The notes under the pieces: generated by a model
Database searches by the model: none
The model's input: only the letters and a program-made list of their open reading frames with translations
Told to the model about the DNA's origin: nothing
Source of the DNA: Octopus sinensis
Taxonomy: Eukaryota
Assembly (NCBI RefSeq): GCF_006345805.1
Contig: NW_021834804.1
Location: forward strand, 1 to 45,223
DNA: 45,223 bases
Reading direction: 5' to 3'
Position numbers and translations under genes: made by a program
In this document: positions 35,203 to 45,223 of the stretch, piece after piece
How the letters are laid out: every line of letters begins with the position of its first letter
How positions within the stretch are numbered: position 1 is the first letter of the stretch

Positions 35203-36110
35203 ATATATATATAGACGTGCGTATGTATATGTGTTTATATGTATATATATACATATTCATATATATATTTTATTTTCTACTTTAGATACAGGTTTTCACT
35301 GTATATAGAAACACTTCGAAGTGCTGAAGAGATTAGAACTTGAGACTTTAGATACGTAAGGAAACGACAAGCAAGCTAGATATTTATCTACATTTACATA
35401 TGAAGATACATTGAATGGAAATTAAAAAGGTAATGGTGTGTGGATATTAAGAAGAAATAGTCCAATTTTCAGATAAAACAGTATCACAAATAGTATAGGT
35501 AGAGTTTTAAATGTTCTACGGCCGTTTCAGGGATCTTTGTGGTCCTGATATATGACAGATATCAGGGACCATTGTTGGATAACATCACCTCTCCGGGGGA
35601 AGAAGTTTATATTAAAGGTTTTGCATTTAAAATGTTGTCATGATATTGGTTAAAGACTGATTGATTTTATAGAGGGCTATATTTAATAGGAAGGGGAGTT
35701 AGGGATGTTTAGACAGAGAATATTTGCAGGATGGAGAAAATAGATTTCAAGATCATAAACCACCACTGATGGTATTAAAGGTGAGAGTGGTAGAAAGTGG
35801 ATTAGTTTATGTCAAGTTAAATTAGTGAAAAAAGGATGGACTTAAGCGGTTCGATATCAGATAAGGGTTTGAGAGGGAGGTTATAAGTTCTATTCTAGGC
35901 TTTCCGTCCGACTCATTTGCCTCAGAAAATCCGATTTGGGTCGAGTTAGTTAATGCATTATTGACCGTATTATACACCGTGTCAGGAAAACGTTGAGCTC
36001 CCGCTATGGAATTGCACATGAGACGTTATTTTTGGTTTCCCCTCTTCCACCATAAACACACGAATTTCCTTCAGTTTGACATGTCAAATTATTGCAATAT
36101 TTACAATTGA

Positions 36111-36325
36111 CAAGGCGCCGATTTGGCAGAAACGTTTGCACGCAGGGCAAAATGCTTAGCGTTCTGTTTTTACGTTATGAGTTCAAAATTCCGCCGCCGA
36201 TTTCGACTTTACCTTTCATCCTTTCGGGTTTGAAACATTAAGTACCCGTTGCATAGTAGGGTCGATCTAATCAATTGGGCCCTACCCCAAAATTTCGGGC
36301 TTTGTGACTAGAGTAGATAAGAATA
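36111..36325 (+). mobile_element. Diverged Meta-like SINE with a different tail
   Basis: TTGGCAGAAACG, GAGTTCAAAATTCC, CGACTTTACCTTTCATCCTTTCGGG..AAGTACC. Confidence 0.7.
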
Positions 36326-36420
36326 ATTACAATCGACGGACAGGTGTCCTCATCTTGTTAGTTGTTACTACAACGTTTCGCTGAGGAATTCTCCAGCCTT
36401 CTTCAGATGTCCTCTCACAA
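36326..36420 (-). mobile_element. Probable PLE terminal fragment with a degenerate minimal hammerhead
   Basis: Minus strand GGACAT-CTGAAGA-AG-GCTG..CAGC-GAAACGTT-GTAGT at 36366-36412. Confidence 0.45.
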
Positions 36421-36487
36421 TAAAGTGTAGACATCAACCCGTCCAATTCAAATATCATACATAATTCCTCAACTCTAAATTATAAAA

Positions 36488-36574
36488 CAGAGGCAGCTCA
36501 GATTTTCGTCAAAGAAAGCGACTCAGACATATATATCACATATATATCATGATGATGATTGAAGAAGAGAGAGA

Positions 36575-36606
<32 letters not shown>

Positions 36607-37816
36607 AACTTATTTTATCGAACTTTCGTTAGCTTTGGCTGCCATTTCTAGCATATGGATAGCCTTCTTGACGGCCTGATCGATTTGCTCGACTAAAGGC
36701 GGTGCTCCAGCATGGCCACTGTCAAATGACTGAAACAAGTAAAATAAAATAACGGAAACTGAAAGAAGCCCGTCGTATATATGTATATATATGTGTATGT
36801 GCGTGTGTGTGTCTGTGTTTGTCCCCCTAGCATTGCTTGACAACAGATGCTGCTGTGTTTACGTCCCCGTCACTTAGCGGTTCGGCAAAAAAGAGACCGA
36901 TAGAATAAGTACTGGGCTTACAAAGAATAATCCCGGGGTCGAGTTGCTCGATTAAAGGCGGTGCTCCAGCATGGCCGCAGTCAAAATGACTGAAACAAGT
37001 AAAAGAGAAGAAAAGAGAATATATATATACATATATGGCTGCTATTTTTAGCAAGTTAAAATTACCTGTTAAAGGGTAATATTCTATTTTGAAGTATATA
37101 AACATATATATATTTGTGTGTGTGTGTGTGTGTGTTTGTCTGCGTGTATTGTCCGCATATATATATATATATATGGATAGATTGATAGATAGTTAGATAG
37201 ATAGATACATGCATACATACACACATACATATATACAGACTCACACACACACATATATATATATATATATCTGTGTGTGTGTGTGTGTAGCTTAGCTTTA
37301 GACGAAATACCTATTTTTTAATACCGATGAGGGGTGTGTTGTCGCCCTTCGCAGCAACTTAACTGGACAACAGGATGTTCATTGAAGCGTAAATTGGCTG
37401 TGGCTGCAAATGTAATTAAAATGTAATTAAAATACCTTACTCTTCTGCCAAAACAAGTGTATATACACATACATACATGTATACATACATACATACATAC
37501 ATACATACATACATGCATGCATGCATACACAGGCGTATACACAAATGTATGCATACACACACACATACATACGTATATATATATATGACGATCTAATTCG
37601 TATTTTCTCAGAGGCAGCTCAGATTTTCGTCAATGAAAAGCGACTCAGACATATATATTCATATATATCATGATGATGATGATGAAGAAGAGAGAGAGAG
37701 AGAGAGATAGATAGAGAGAGAGAGAGAGATAGAGAGAGAGAGAGACTTATTTTATCGAACTTTCGTTAGCTTTGGCTGCCATTTCTAGCATAGAGAGAGA
37801 AAGAGAGAAAGAGAGA

Positions 37817-37848
<32 letters not shown>

Positions 37849-37995
37849 CTTATTTTATCGAACTTTCGTTAGCTTTGGCTGCCATTTCTAGCATATGGAT
37901 AGCCTTCTTGACGGCCTGATCGATTTGCTCGACTAAAGGCGGTGCTCCAGCATGGCCACTGTCAAATGACTGAAACAACTAAAATAAAATAACAT
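36488..37995 (+). repeat. Local direct duplication: 36488-36752 repeated at 37610-37995, with an internal ~110-bp re-duplication
   Basis: AGAGGCAGCTCAGATTTTCGTCAA...TAAAATAAAATAAC present twice. ACTTATTTTATCGAACTTTCG present three times. Confidence 0.9.
36752..37018 (+). mobile_element. 5'-truncated OK/OR-like SINE
   Basis: ACGGAAACTGAAAGAAGCCCGTC through the standard tail. Confidence 0.85.
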
Positions 37996-37999
37996 ATAT

Positions 38000-38404
38000 A
38001 TAGGCACAGGAGTGGCTGTGTGGTAAGTAGCTTGCTTACCAACCACATGGTTCCTGGTTCAGTCCCACTGCGTGGCATCTCAGGCAAGTGTCTTCTGCTA
38101 TAACCCCGGCCGTCCAATGCCTTGTGAGTGGATTTGGTAGACGGAAACTGAAAGAAGCCCGTCGTATATATGTATATATATGTTATGTGCGTGTGTGTGT
38201 CTGTGTTTGTCGCCCTAGAATTGTGCTGACAACAGATGCTGGTGTGTTTACGTCCCCGTCACTTAGCGGGTCGGCAAAAGAGACCGATAGAATAAGTACT
38301 GGGCTTAACGAGAATAAGTCCCGGGGTCGAGTTGCTCGATTAATGGCGGTGCTCCAGCATGGCCGCAGTCAAATGACTGAAACAAAAATAAAAGAGTAAA
38401 AGAG
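38000..38404 (+). mobile_element. Full-length OK/OR-like SINE
   Basis: A box, B box GGTTCAGTCCC, standard tail. Confidence 0.88.
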
Positions 38405-39092
38405 AGACAGAACTAGACCTTGGATGGTATAAATGTAATGTAGTAGTAATAAGGTGCAGAAGCTATGATAAGGAGGGAAATTGGGTTCAAGTTAACTTTG
38501 TAAGATAAAAACCCTATTTCTGTCACTTATTGCAATCTTCACTGAGAGGTGTTTGTTTCTCACAAAATATTTCCAGATACTTTTGCAATATTATAAGAAG
38601 CGGTTAAAATTATTAACGTTATTAAAATTCTTGTTCTCAATAGTTTCCTCTTCTGTGAGGAAATGGCATCCAATTTCAGCAAAGTTTTATGAAGAACAGA
38701 AGTGTGATGAATCTGAAATGGAGAAGCTTTGAAACAATTGTTAGAACTTTAAGAAAATGAAGACATAATATTCCTGCTGGGATTAAATTCAGATTTGTTC
38801 CACAATGAAGATTCGTTATACAAATTATTCTATTTGTCAGACATTTTTGGACAACTTAATAAACGTAATATTTCTGTACAAAAGGGAAAACACTGAAATT
38901 TCTTATTTAAATAAAAGATTCAAGCTTTCATTTAAGACAAATGAAACACATGGTTGATCGTAAAGACAGATGCCACTTCCCCGCAGCTGAATTCGTCGAG
39001 ATATCTGTGCATCTGTCTCAATCTTCCCACACCGACCAGATATTTCTCTGCCATCGACCTATATGCTGTTAACAAAGGGAACCGTTTCTTAC

Positions 39093-39220
39093 ACATTTTA
39101 AGGCGTTGATGCTTCAAGGAGTCGAGGCTTAGGGTACATGTCAGTTGCAGATGGACAGCTACTTTCTCTGTCATTGTCGGTCTTAGGTCAGGTGAGGAGG
39201 ATTCTGATGGTTGGGTAGGG
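39093..39220 (-). other. Candidate exon of an unknown transcript
   Basis: Long polypyrimidine tract and TTGCAG acceptor at 39221, GTAAGA donor at 39092, one open frame (PTQPSESSSPDLRPTMTEKVAVHLQLTCTLSLDSLKHQRLKM). No homology recognised. Confidence 0.3.
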
Positions 39221-39682
39221 CTGCAATATAACACTCAGAGAGAAAGAAAGAAAGAATTAGAGAAAGAGAGAGAGAGAGTGGAGAGAGAGAGAAATGTTAG
39301 TGAGCAAGAGACGACTAAGATGGTGCTTGATTTGACGGTAATGTCCCACCGACACGCACAGATGCGGAGAGGATATCCGAGAAGCTTTCCGACTGAAACA
39401 GCGATTTCCAGCAGAAGACCCGTGTTGGGAAGGCAGCCATTCTCACAGATGTGTGCGACGCACCGAATTTGTTTCCTCATTTGTTTCCCCGACAAACAGA
39501 CATTATTTGATTAAATTTTCTGTAAATACGCTTCAGATGGTGATCATTCTGATTATATCGGAATTTGTAGCGAAACAAATTTGTCTGTCGGCGGAAAGCT
39601 GAGTTTCGTAAAATTCACACGAATTGTCTGTGTTTGCTCAGAACTTTAACAAAAATGGGTTATTTTCTAACGTAATTTTCTA

Positions 39683-40097
39683 CAGGCGCAAGAGTGGCTG
39701 TGTGGTAAGTAGCTTGCTTACCAACCACATGGTTCCAGGTTCAGTCCCACTGCGTGCCACCTTGGGCAAGTGTCTTCTACTATAGCCTCGGGCCGGCCAA
39801 AGCCTTGTGAGTGGATTTGGTAGACGGAAACTGAAAGAAGCCCGTCGTATATATGTATGTATATATATATTATATATATATATATATGCATGTGTGTGTT
39901 TGTGTTTGTCCCCCTAGCATTGCTTGACAACCAATGCTGGTGTGTTTATGTCCCCGTTACTTAGCGGTTCGGCAAAAGACACCGATAGAATAAGTACTGG
40001 GCTTACAAAAGAATAAGTCCCGGGATCGAGTTGCTCGATTAAAAGCGGTGCTCTAGCATGGCCGCAGTCTAATGACTGAAAGAAGTAAATGAGTAAA
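39683..40097 (+). mobile_element. Full-length OK/OR-like SINE
   Basis: A box, B box, standard tail. Confidence 0.88.
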
Positions 40098-40319
40098 AGG
40101 GAATACGTTACAGTGTGTGTGTAAATGCGATTATATTGGAATTTAATTTGGAAAGAAAAAATAATGACCACACACACACAACACACACACACACACACAC
40201 ACTGGCACACATCATATTTCCTTCGAAATTTAAGTTTCCTTTTGTCGATATGTGACCTGTTGTACTATGTATTTGTAATAATCCACCAAATTAATTTTCT
40301 CTTATTCATTTCCGATATG

Positions 40320-40830
40320 ATTTTTCACGCTGAGAGTTGCTGAAGCATGGAACAAACTGCCGGCATCAGTTTTAATTGTCTGAGCACTGCATCCTTCAAA
40401 ACTTTCATGCTTTCTGAGATTCGCCAACACACACGATTTTCCTCACCTCCATACACACGCAAGCATGGAACAAACTGCCGGCATCAGTTGTTAATTTTCT
40501 GAGCACTGCATCCTTCAAAACTTTCATGCTTTCTGAGATTCGCCAACACTACACCTGATTTTCTCCCCTCCATACACACGCAAGCATGGAACAAACTGCC
40601 GGCATCAGTTGTTAGTTGTCTGAGCACTGCATCCTTCAAAACTTCCATGCTTCCTGAGATTCGCCAACACTACATCTGATTTCCTCCCCTCCATACACAC
40701 ACAAGCATGTATCTAACTCATACATTGTTCGCTTTCCATACATTTGTACATTACTGCATACACCTTATACGCACTTTCTGACAAGTTGTGGTGCACCTGA
40801 GCACTGTATACAATAATTTCATTATTTTTA
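40320..40830 (+). mobile_element. CR1/L2-group LINE 3' end with triplicated ~120-bp terminal segment
   Basis: FFTLRVAEAWNKLPASV..C.STASFKT matches the CR1-type C-terminal WNxLP...SFK motif. The 3' UTR ends in an ATT-rich tail. Confidence 0.8.
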
Positions 40831-42329
40831 TTAATTTATAATTGTAATCGACACACTCTGAAAGGCATTTATAGAAAATTCCATTAAAAAATTACTATTT
40901 TTCTGAAAGTTGTGACAAAAGCCAGACGCCTTGTGTGAATTTTCCAAAACTCCTCACATCGAAGTAGGAAAAATGTTTTCATCAAATATTTCGATATAAT
41001 CGCAATTTACAGCATCAGAAGCTCAGTTTTAGAAAATATAATTTAAAATCTCCATTGTCTGGAAGCTCTGGGGCAGGAAATTCGGGTGTCAAACATCTGA
41101 AGCAATACCGAAAGGCATTTAATATCTTCACACTGAACTCCTTCATAACCGTCGAGATGCGTCAATTTCCGTCGATTTCCGTTCTCGTAGCTGTTTCCCC
41201 GCAACACAGCTCCGTCACACATCCATGAGACCGGCCTGCGATGAGTAAAAACAGTGTGTCGAGATGTTTCGGTGGTAGAGGCGTCGTCACTATGAGCTGA
41301 ATTGTTCTCCGTTAGATGGCATTCACTTGTTTCCTGTTCTATTCTCATCACTTCCGGTCTGATCCCTTTCCTTCTCGAAGTTTACTTTCACATTTTTGCA
41401 GCTTAAAATAGGACGACAACCAGTGCACGGCTGCACTAAACTGCACTTTCATTGCATATTCTTGCTCCCTTCTCTTTGTAGTGGACAGTCAATGGCTAAT
41501 CTTTGCAGTTATCTGACCAAATGCCAATTATAAAATAGAAACTATTAGATTGAGGGAAATGTCCGTGCGTCGTGTTAAAATAATGATTGTTTTATGCAAG
41601 AATTTATTCAAAAGCAACAAATATTCTTCAAAATAAAGACCAAACGCACGAACTTTTTCCTCAACTTAATAAATAAATTTTGAAGCAATTAAAGAAATAA
41701 GAGGTTTCATTTAGTATCCGATGTTTGGCTGCTATTTCTAGCAGCTGCCTCCACAATAGGTGCAGGGTGCAGTGTGAAGATTACGAGGAGGAAATTAAGG
41801 GCTAAAATTGCAATATTAAACCCTTCGATCTATTATTTACATTAAATCATTTTTGGAAATCTTCAAATTCTGCGCAAGAAAAAATACAATTTAAAGCGAA
41901 AAGGGATTCAATAAGAGTTATTGTTCTTACCCTTTCAACGTTGACTCCTCCCACCACTTTGCATAATGTAGACTGACTCCGCCCATTTTGCTTTCTTTAT
42001 TAACTCATACCCTTCCCCTATTACTAAATATATATCGTCCAATAAGCGCGCTCTCCCTCTTTGTCTCTTTCTCTTCGCCTCCCTCTCCCACCTCCTCATA
42101 TATTACCCAATGCTTCCCCCTCCCTTGCTTTTACTCTTAATTCCCTCTGTCTGTACCTCACTAAACCCTTAATGCATTTTCATACTCTTTCTCTCCCCCC
42201 TACAAAACATATCCTCCCACTTCTCCCTCTTTGTCTCCTTTCTCTCAGAACCTCATTATATATTCATTTTAATCACCGCCCACCTCCCTTGCAAAAGCGT
42301 TCACCTCTTCCTCTCCCTCACTAACTGTC

Positions 42330-43193
42330 TCTCTCTCTCTCTCTCTCACACACACATGCATTCTGTCTCTCTCTCTCTCCCTCTCTCTCACGCATTCTGT
42401 CTCTCTCTCTCCCACTCTCATTCTTTCTCTGCTTCCTCATACATTAATATATCCCTCCCCTTCCCTAGACTTTCTCTCTCTCACTCTTTCTTCCTTTCTC
42501 TCTCTCTCTCTCACGCATTCTGTCTGTCTCTCTCTCTCTCCCACTCTCACTCCCCCTCTCTGCTTCCTCATACATTAATATATCCCTCCCCTTCCATAGG
42601 CTTTCTCTCTCTCACTCTTTCTTCTTTTCTTTCTCTCTCTCTCTCTCACGCATTCTGTTTCTCTCTCTCTCTCCCACTCTCATTCTTTCTCTGCTTCCTC
42701 ATACATTAATATATCCCTCCCCTTCCCTAGACTTTCTCTCTCTCACTCTTTCTTCCTTTCTCTCTCTCTCTCTCACGCATTCTGTCTCTCTCTCTCTCCC
42801 ACTCTCACTCCCCCTCTCTGCTTCCTCATACATTAATATATCCCTCCCCTTCCATAGGCTTTCTCTCTCTCACTCTTTCTTCTTTTCTTTCTCTCTCTCT
42901 CTCTCACGCATTCTGTTTCTCTCTCTCTCCTCTCCACTCTCATTCTTTCTCTGCTTCCTCATACATTAATATATCCTCCCCTTCCCTAGGCTTTCTCTCT
43001 CTCACTCTTTCTTCCTTTCTTTCTCTCTCTCTCTCTCTCACGCATTCTTTCTCTCTCTCTCTCTCTCTCTCCCACTCTCACTCCCACTCTCTGCTTCCTC
43101 ATACATTAATATATCCCTCCCCTTCCCTAGGCTTTCTCTCTCTCACTCTTTCTTCCTTTCTTTCTCTCTCTCTCCTCTCTCTCTCTCACGCAT

Positions 43194-43238
<45 letters not shown>

Positions 43239-43490
43239 ACTCTCACTCCCATTCTCTGCTTCCTCATACATTAATATATCCCTCCCCATCCCTAGGCTTT
43301 CTCTCTCTCTCTCTCACTCTTTCTTCCATTCTCTCTCTCTCTCTCTCTCCTCTCACTCTTCTGTCTCTCCCTCCCACTCTCATTCTTTCTCTCTCTGCTT
43401 CCTCATACATTAATATATCCCTCCCCTTCCCTAGGCTTTCTCTCTCTCACTCTTTCTTCCTTTCTTTCTCTCTATCTCTTCCACCTCCTT
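42330..43490. repeat. CT-rich compound minisatellite, 8 units of ~127-165 bp
   Basis: CTTCCTCATACATTAATATATCCCTCCCC at ~42432, 42563, 42694, 42821, 42954, 43094, 43259 and 43398, separated by variable (CT)n. Confidence 0.92.
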
Positions 43491-43502
43491 ATATCTTACC
43501 CT

Positions 43503-45223
43503 CATACGAAATTGAAAGACATTTTAAGAAGCATTTATAAATCTTTTTCCCGGATCTGGTCAGACTTCTTCCTCGAATGAGAAACCAAGTGAAGAAGCGT
43601 CTATAAACGTATTGGTGGTCTGGTATCTTGCTAGAAAGAACAGCCCACAACACTCAAATTTGCTTTGTTTTTCATACGAAATTGAAAGACAATTTAAGAA
43701 GCATTTATAAAACTTTTTCCCGGATCTGGTCAGACTTCTTCCTCGAATGAGAAACCAAGTGAAGAAGCGTCTATAAAACGGATTGGTGGTCTGTTATCTT
43801 GCTAGAAATAACAGCCCACTACACTCAAAGTTGCTTTGTTTCTCATACGAAATTGAAAGACAATTTAAGAAGTATTTATAAAGCTTTTTTCCGGATCTTG
43901 TCAGACTTCTTCCTCGAATGAGAAACCAAGTGAAGAAGCGTCTATAAAACGTGTTGGTGGTCTGGTATCTTGCTAGAAATAACAGCCCACTACACTCAAA
44001 GTTGCTTTGTTTTTCATACGAAATTGAAAGACAATTTAAGAAGCATTTATAAAACTTTTTCCCGGATCTGGTCAGACTTCTTCCTCGAAAGAGAAACCAA
44101 GTGAAGAAGCGTCTATAAAACGGATTAGTGGTCTGTTATCTTGCTAGAAATAACAGCCCACAACACTCAAAGTTGCTTTGTTTTTCATACGAAATTGAAA
44201 GACAATTTAAGAAGCATTTATAAAACTTTTTCCGGATCTGGTCAGACTTCTTCCTCGAATGAGAAACCAAGTGAAGAAGCGTCTATAAAACGCATTGGTG
44301 GTCTGGTATCTTGCTAGAATTACAGCCCACTACACTCAAACTTGCTTTGTTTTTCATACGAAATTGAAAGACAATTTAAGAAGCATTTATAAAACTTTTT
44401 CCCAGATCTGGTCAGACTTCTTCCTCGAATGAGAAACCAAGTGAAGAAGCGTCTATAAAACGGATTGGTGGTCTGTTATCTTGCTAGAAATAACAGCTCG
44501 CCACACTCAAAGTTGCTTTGTTTTTCATACGAAATTGAAAGACAATTTAAGAAGCATTTATAAAACTTTTTCCCGGATCTGGTCAGACTTCTTCCTCGAA
44601 ATAGAAACCAAGTGAAGAAGCGTCTATAAAACGGATTGGTGGCCTGTTATCTTGCTAGAAATAACAGCCCACTACACTCAAATTTGCTTTGTTTTTCATA
44701 CGAAATTGAAAGACAATTTAAGAAGCATTTATAAATCTTTTTCCAGAATCTGGTCAGACTTCTTCCTCGAATGAGAAACCAAGTGAAGAAGCGTCTATAA
44801 AACGCATTGGTGGCCTGTTGTCTTGCTAGAAAGAACAGCCCACAACACTCAAATTTGGTTTGTTTTTCATACGAAATTGAAAGACAATTTAAGAAGCATT
44901 TATAAAACTTTTTCCCGGATCTGGTCAGACTTCTTCCTCGAAAGAGAAACCAAGTGAAGAAGCGTCTATAAAACGTATTGGTGGTCTGTTATCTTGCTAG
45001 AAATAACAGGCCACTACACTCAAAGTTGCTTTGTTTTTCATACGAAATTGAAAGACAATTTAAGAAGCATTTATAAAACTTTTTCCCAGATCTGGTCAGA
45101 CTTCTTCCTCGAAAGAGAAACCAAGTGAAGAAGCGTCTATAAAACGGATTGGTGGTCTGTTATCTTGCTAGAAATAACAGCTCGCCACACTCAAAGTTGC
45201 TTTGTTTTTCATACGAAATTGAA
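43503..45223. repeat. 171-bp tandem satellite, 10 full monomers, continuing past the window end
   Basis: CATACGAAATTGAAAG at 43503, 43673, 43844, 44015, 44186, 44355, 44526, 44697, 44868, 45039 and 45210. Confidence 0.97.

Noticed and set aside
35290-36060. Possible degraded LINE or host exon (ORF 35822-36019; GGTCCTGATAT hairpin at ~35540)
   Set aside because: No recognisable motif could be assembled in any frame, so it was left unannotated.
43560-43600. Satellite hairpin TTCTTC-CTCGAATGA-GAAACCAAGT-GAAGAA as a decayed hammerhead
   Set aside because: The core is not CUGANGA, helix II is absent and N17 is missing; the resemblance may be chance.
43503-45223. CRISPR-like regular array
   Set aside because: Monomers are near-identical along their whole length, with no unique spacers and no cas genes; eukaryotic context.

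Overview
Repeat-saturated eukaryotic DNA with no intact gene. The SINE families and microsatellite content suggest Octopus (coleoid cephalopod); this is inferred from family recognition, not a database search. Bases 1-35100 are a mosaic of tandem segmental duplications: unit A ~1-11267, unit B ~11268-22065, block f 22157-25685, partial unit C 25685-31615, second block f 31615-35090. They are built from relics of L1/Tx1, R4/Dong (RLE) and Penelope-like (GIY-YIG) retroelements, tRNA-derived SINEs, DNA-transposon ends and (TA)n/(TAA)n/(GATA)n microsatellites. The main discovery is three unrelated non-coding elements in or beside (TA)n tracts, each carrying a complete type I hammerhead ribozyme (five full copies: 2553-2670, 13775-13829, 14227-14344, 17588-17669, 18348-18428) with a self-complementary helix III. 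Two of the elements show monomer-plus-overlap or inverted/tandem architecture, as expected for retrozymes or Penelope pseudo-LTRs. Other highlights: a Tx1 LINE inserted in (GATA)n whose 3' end matches a SINE tail; a (TAA)n/(TTA)n hotspot filled differently in each duplicate; a triplicated CR1-type 3' end; a CT-rich minisatellite; and a 171-bp satellite array running off the right end. Most listed ORFs are microsatellite artefacts or TE fragments.
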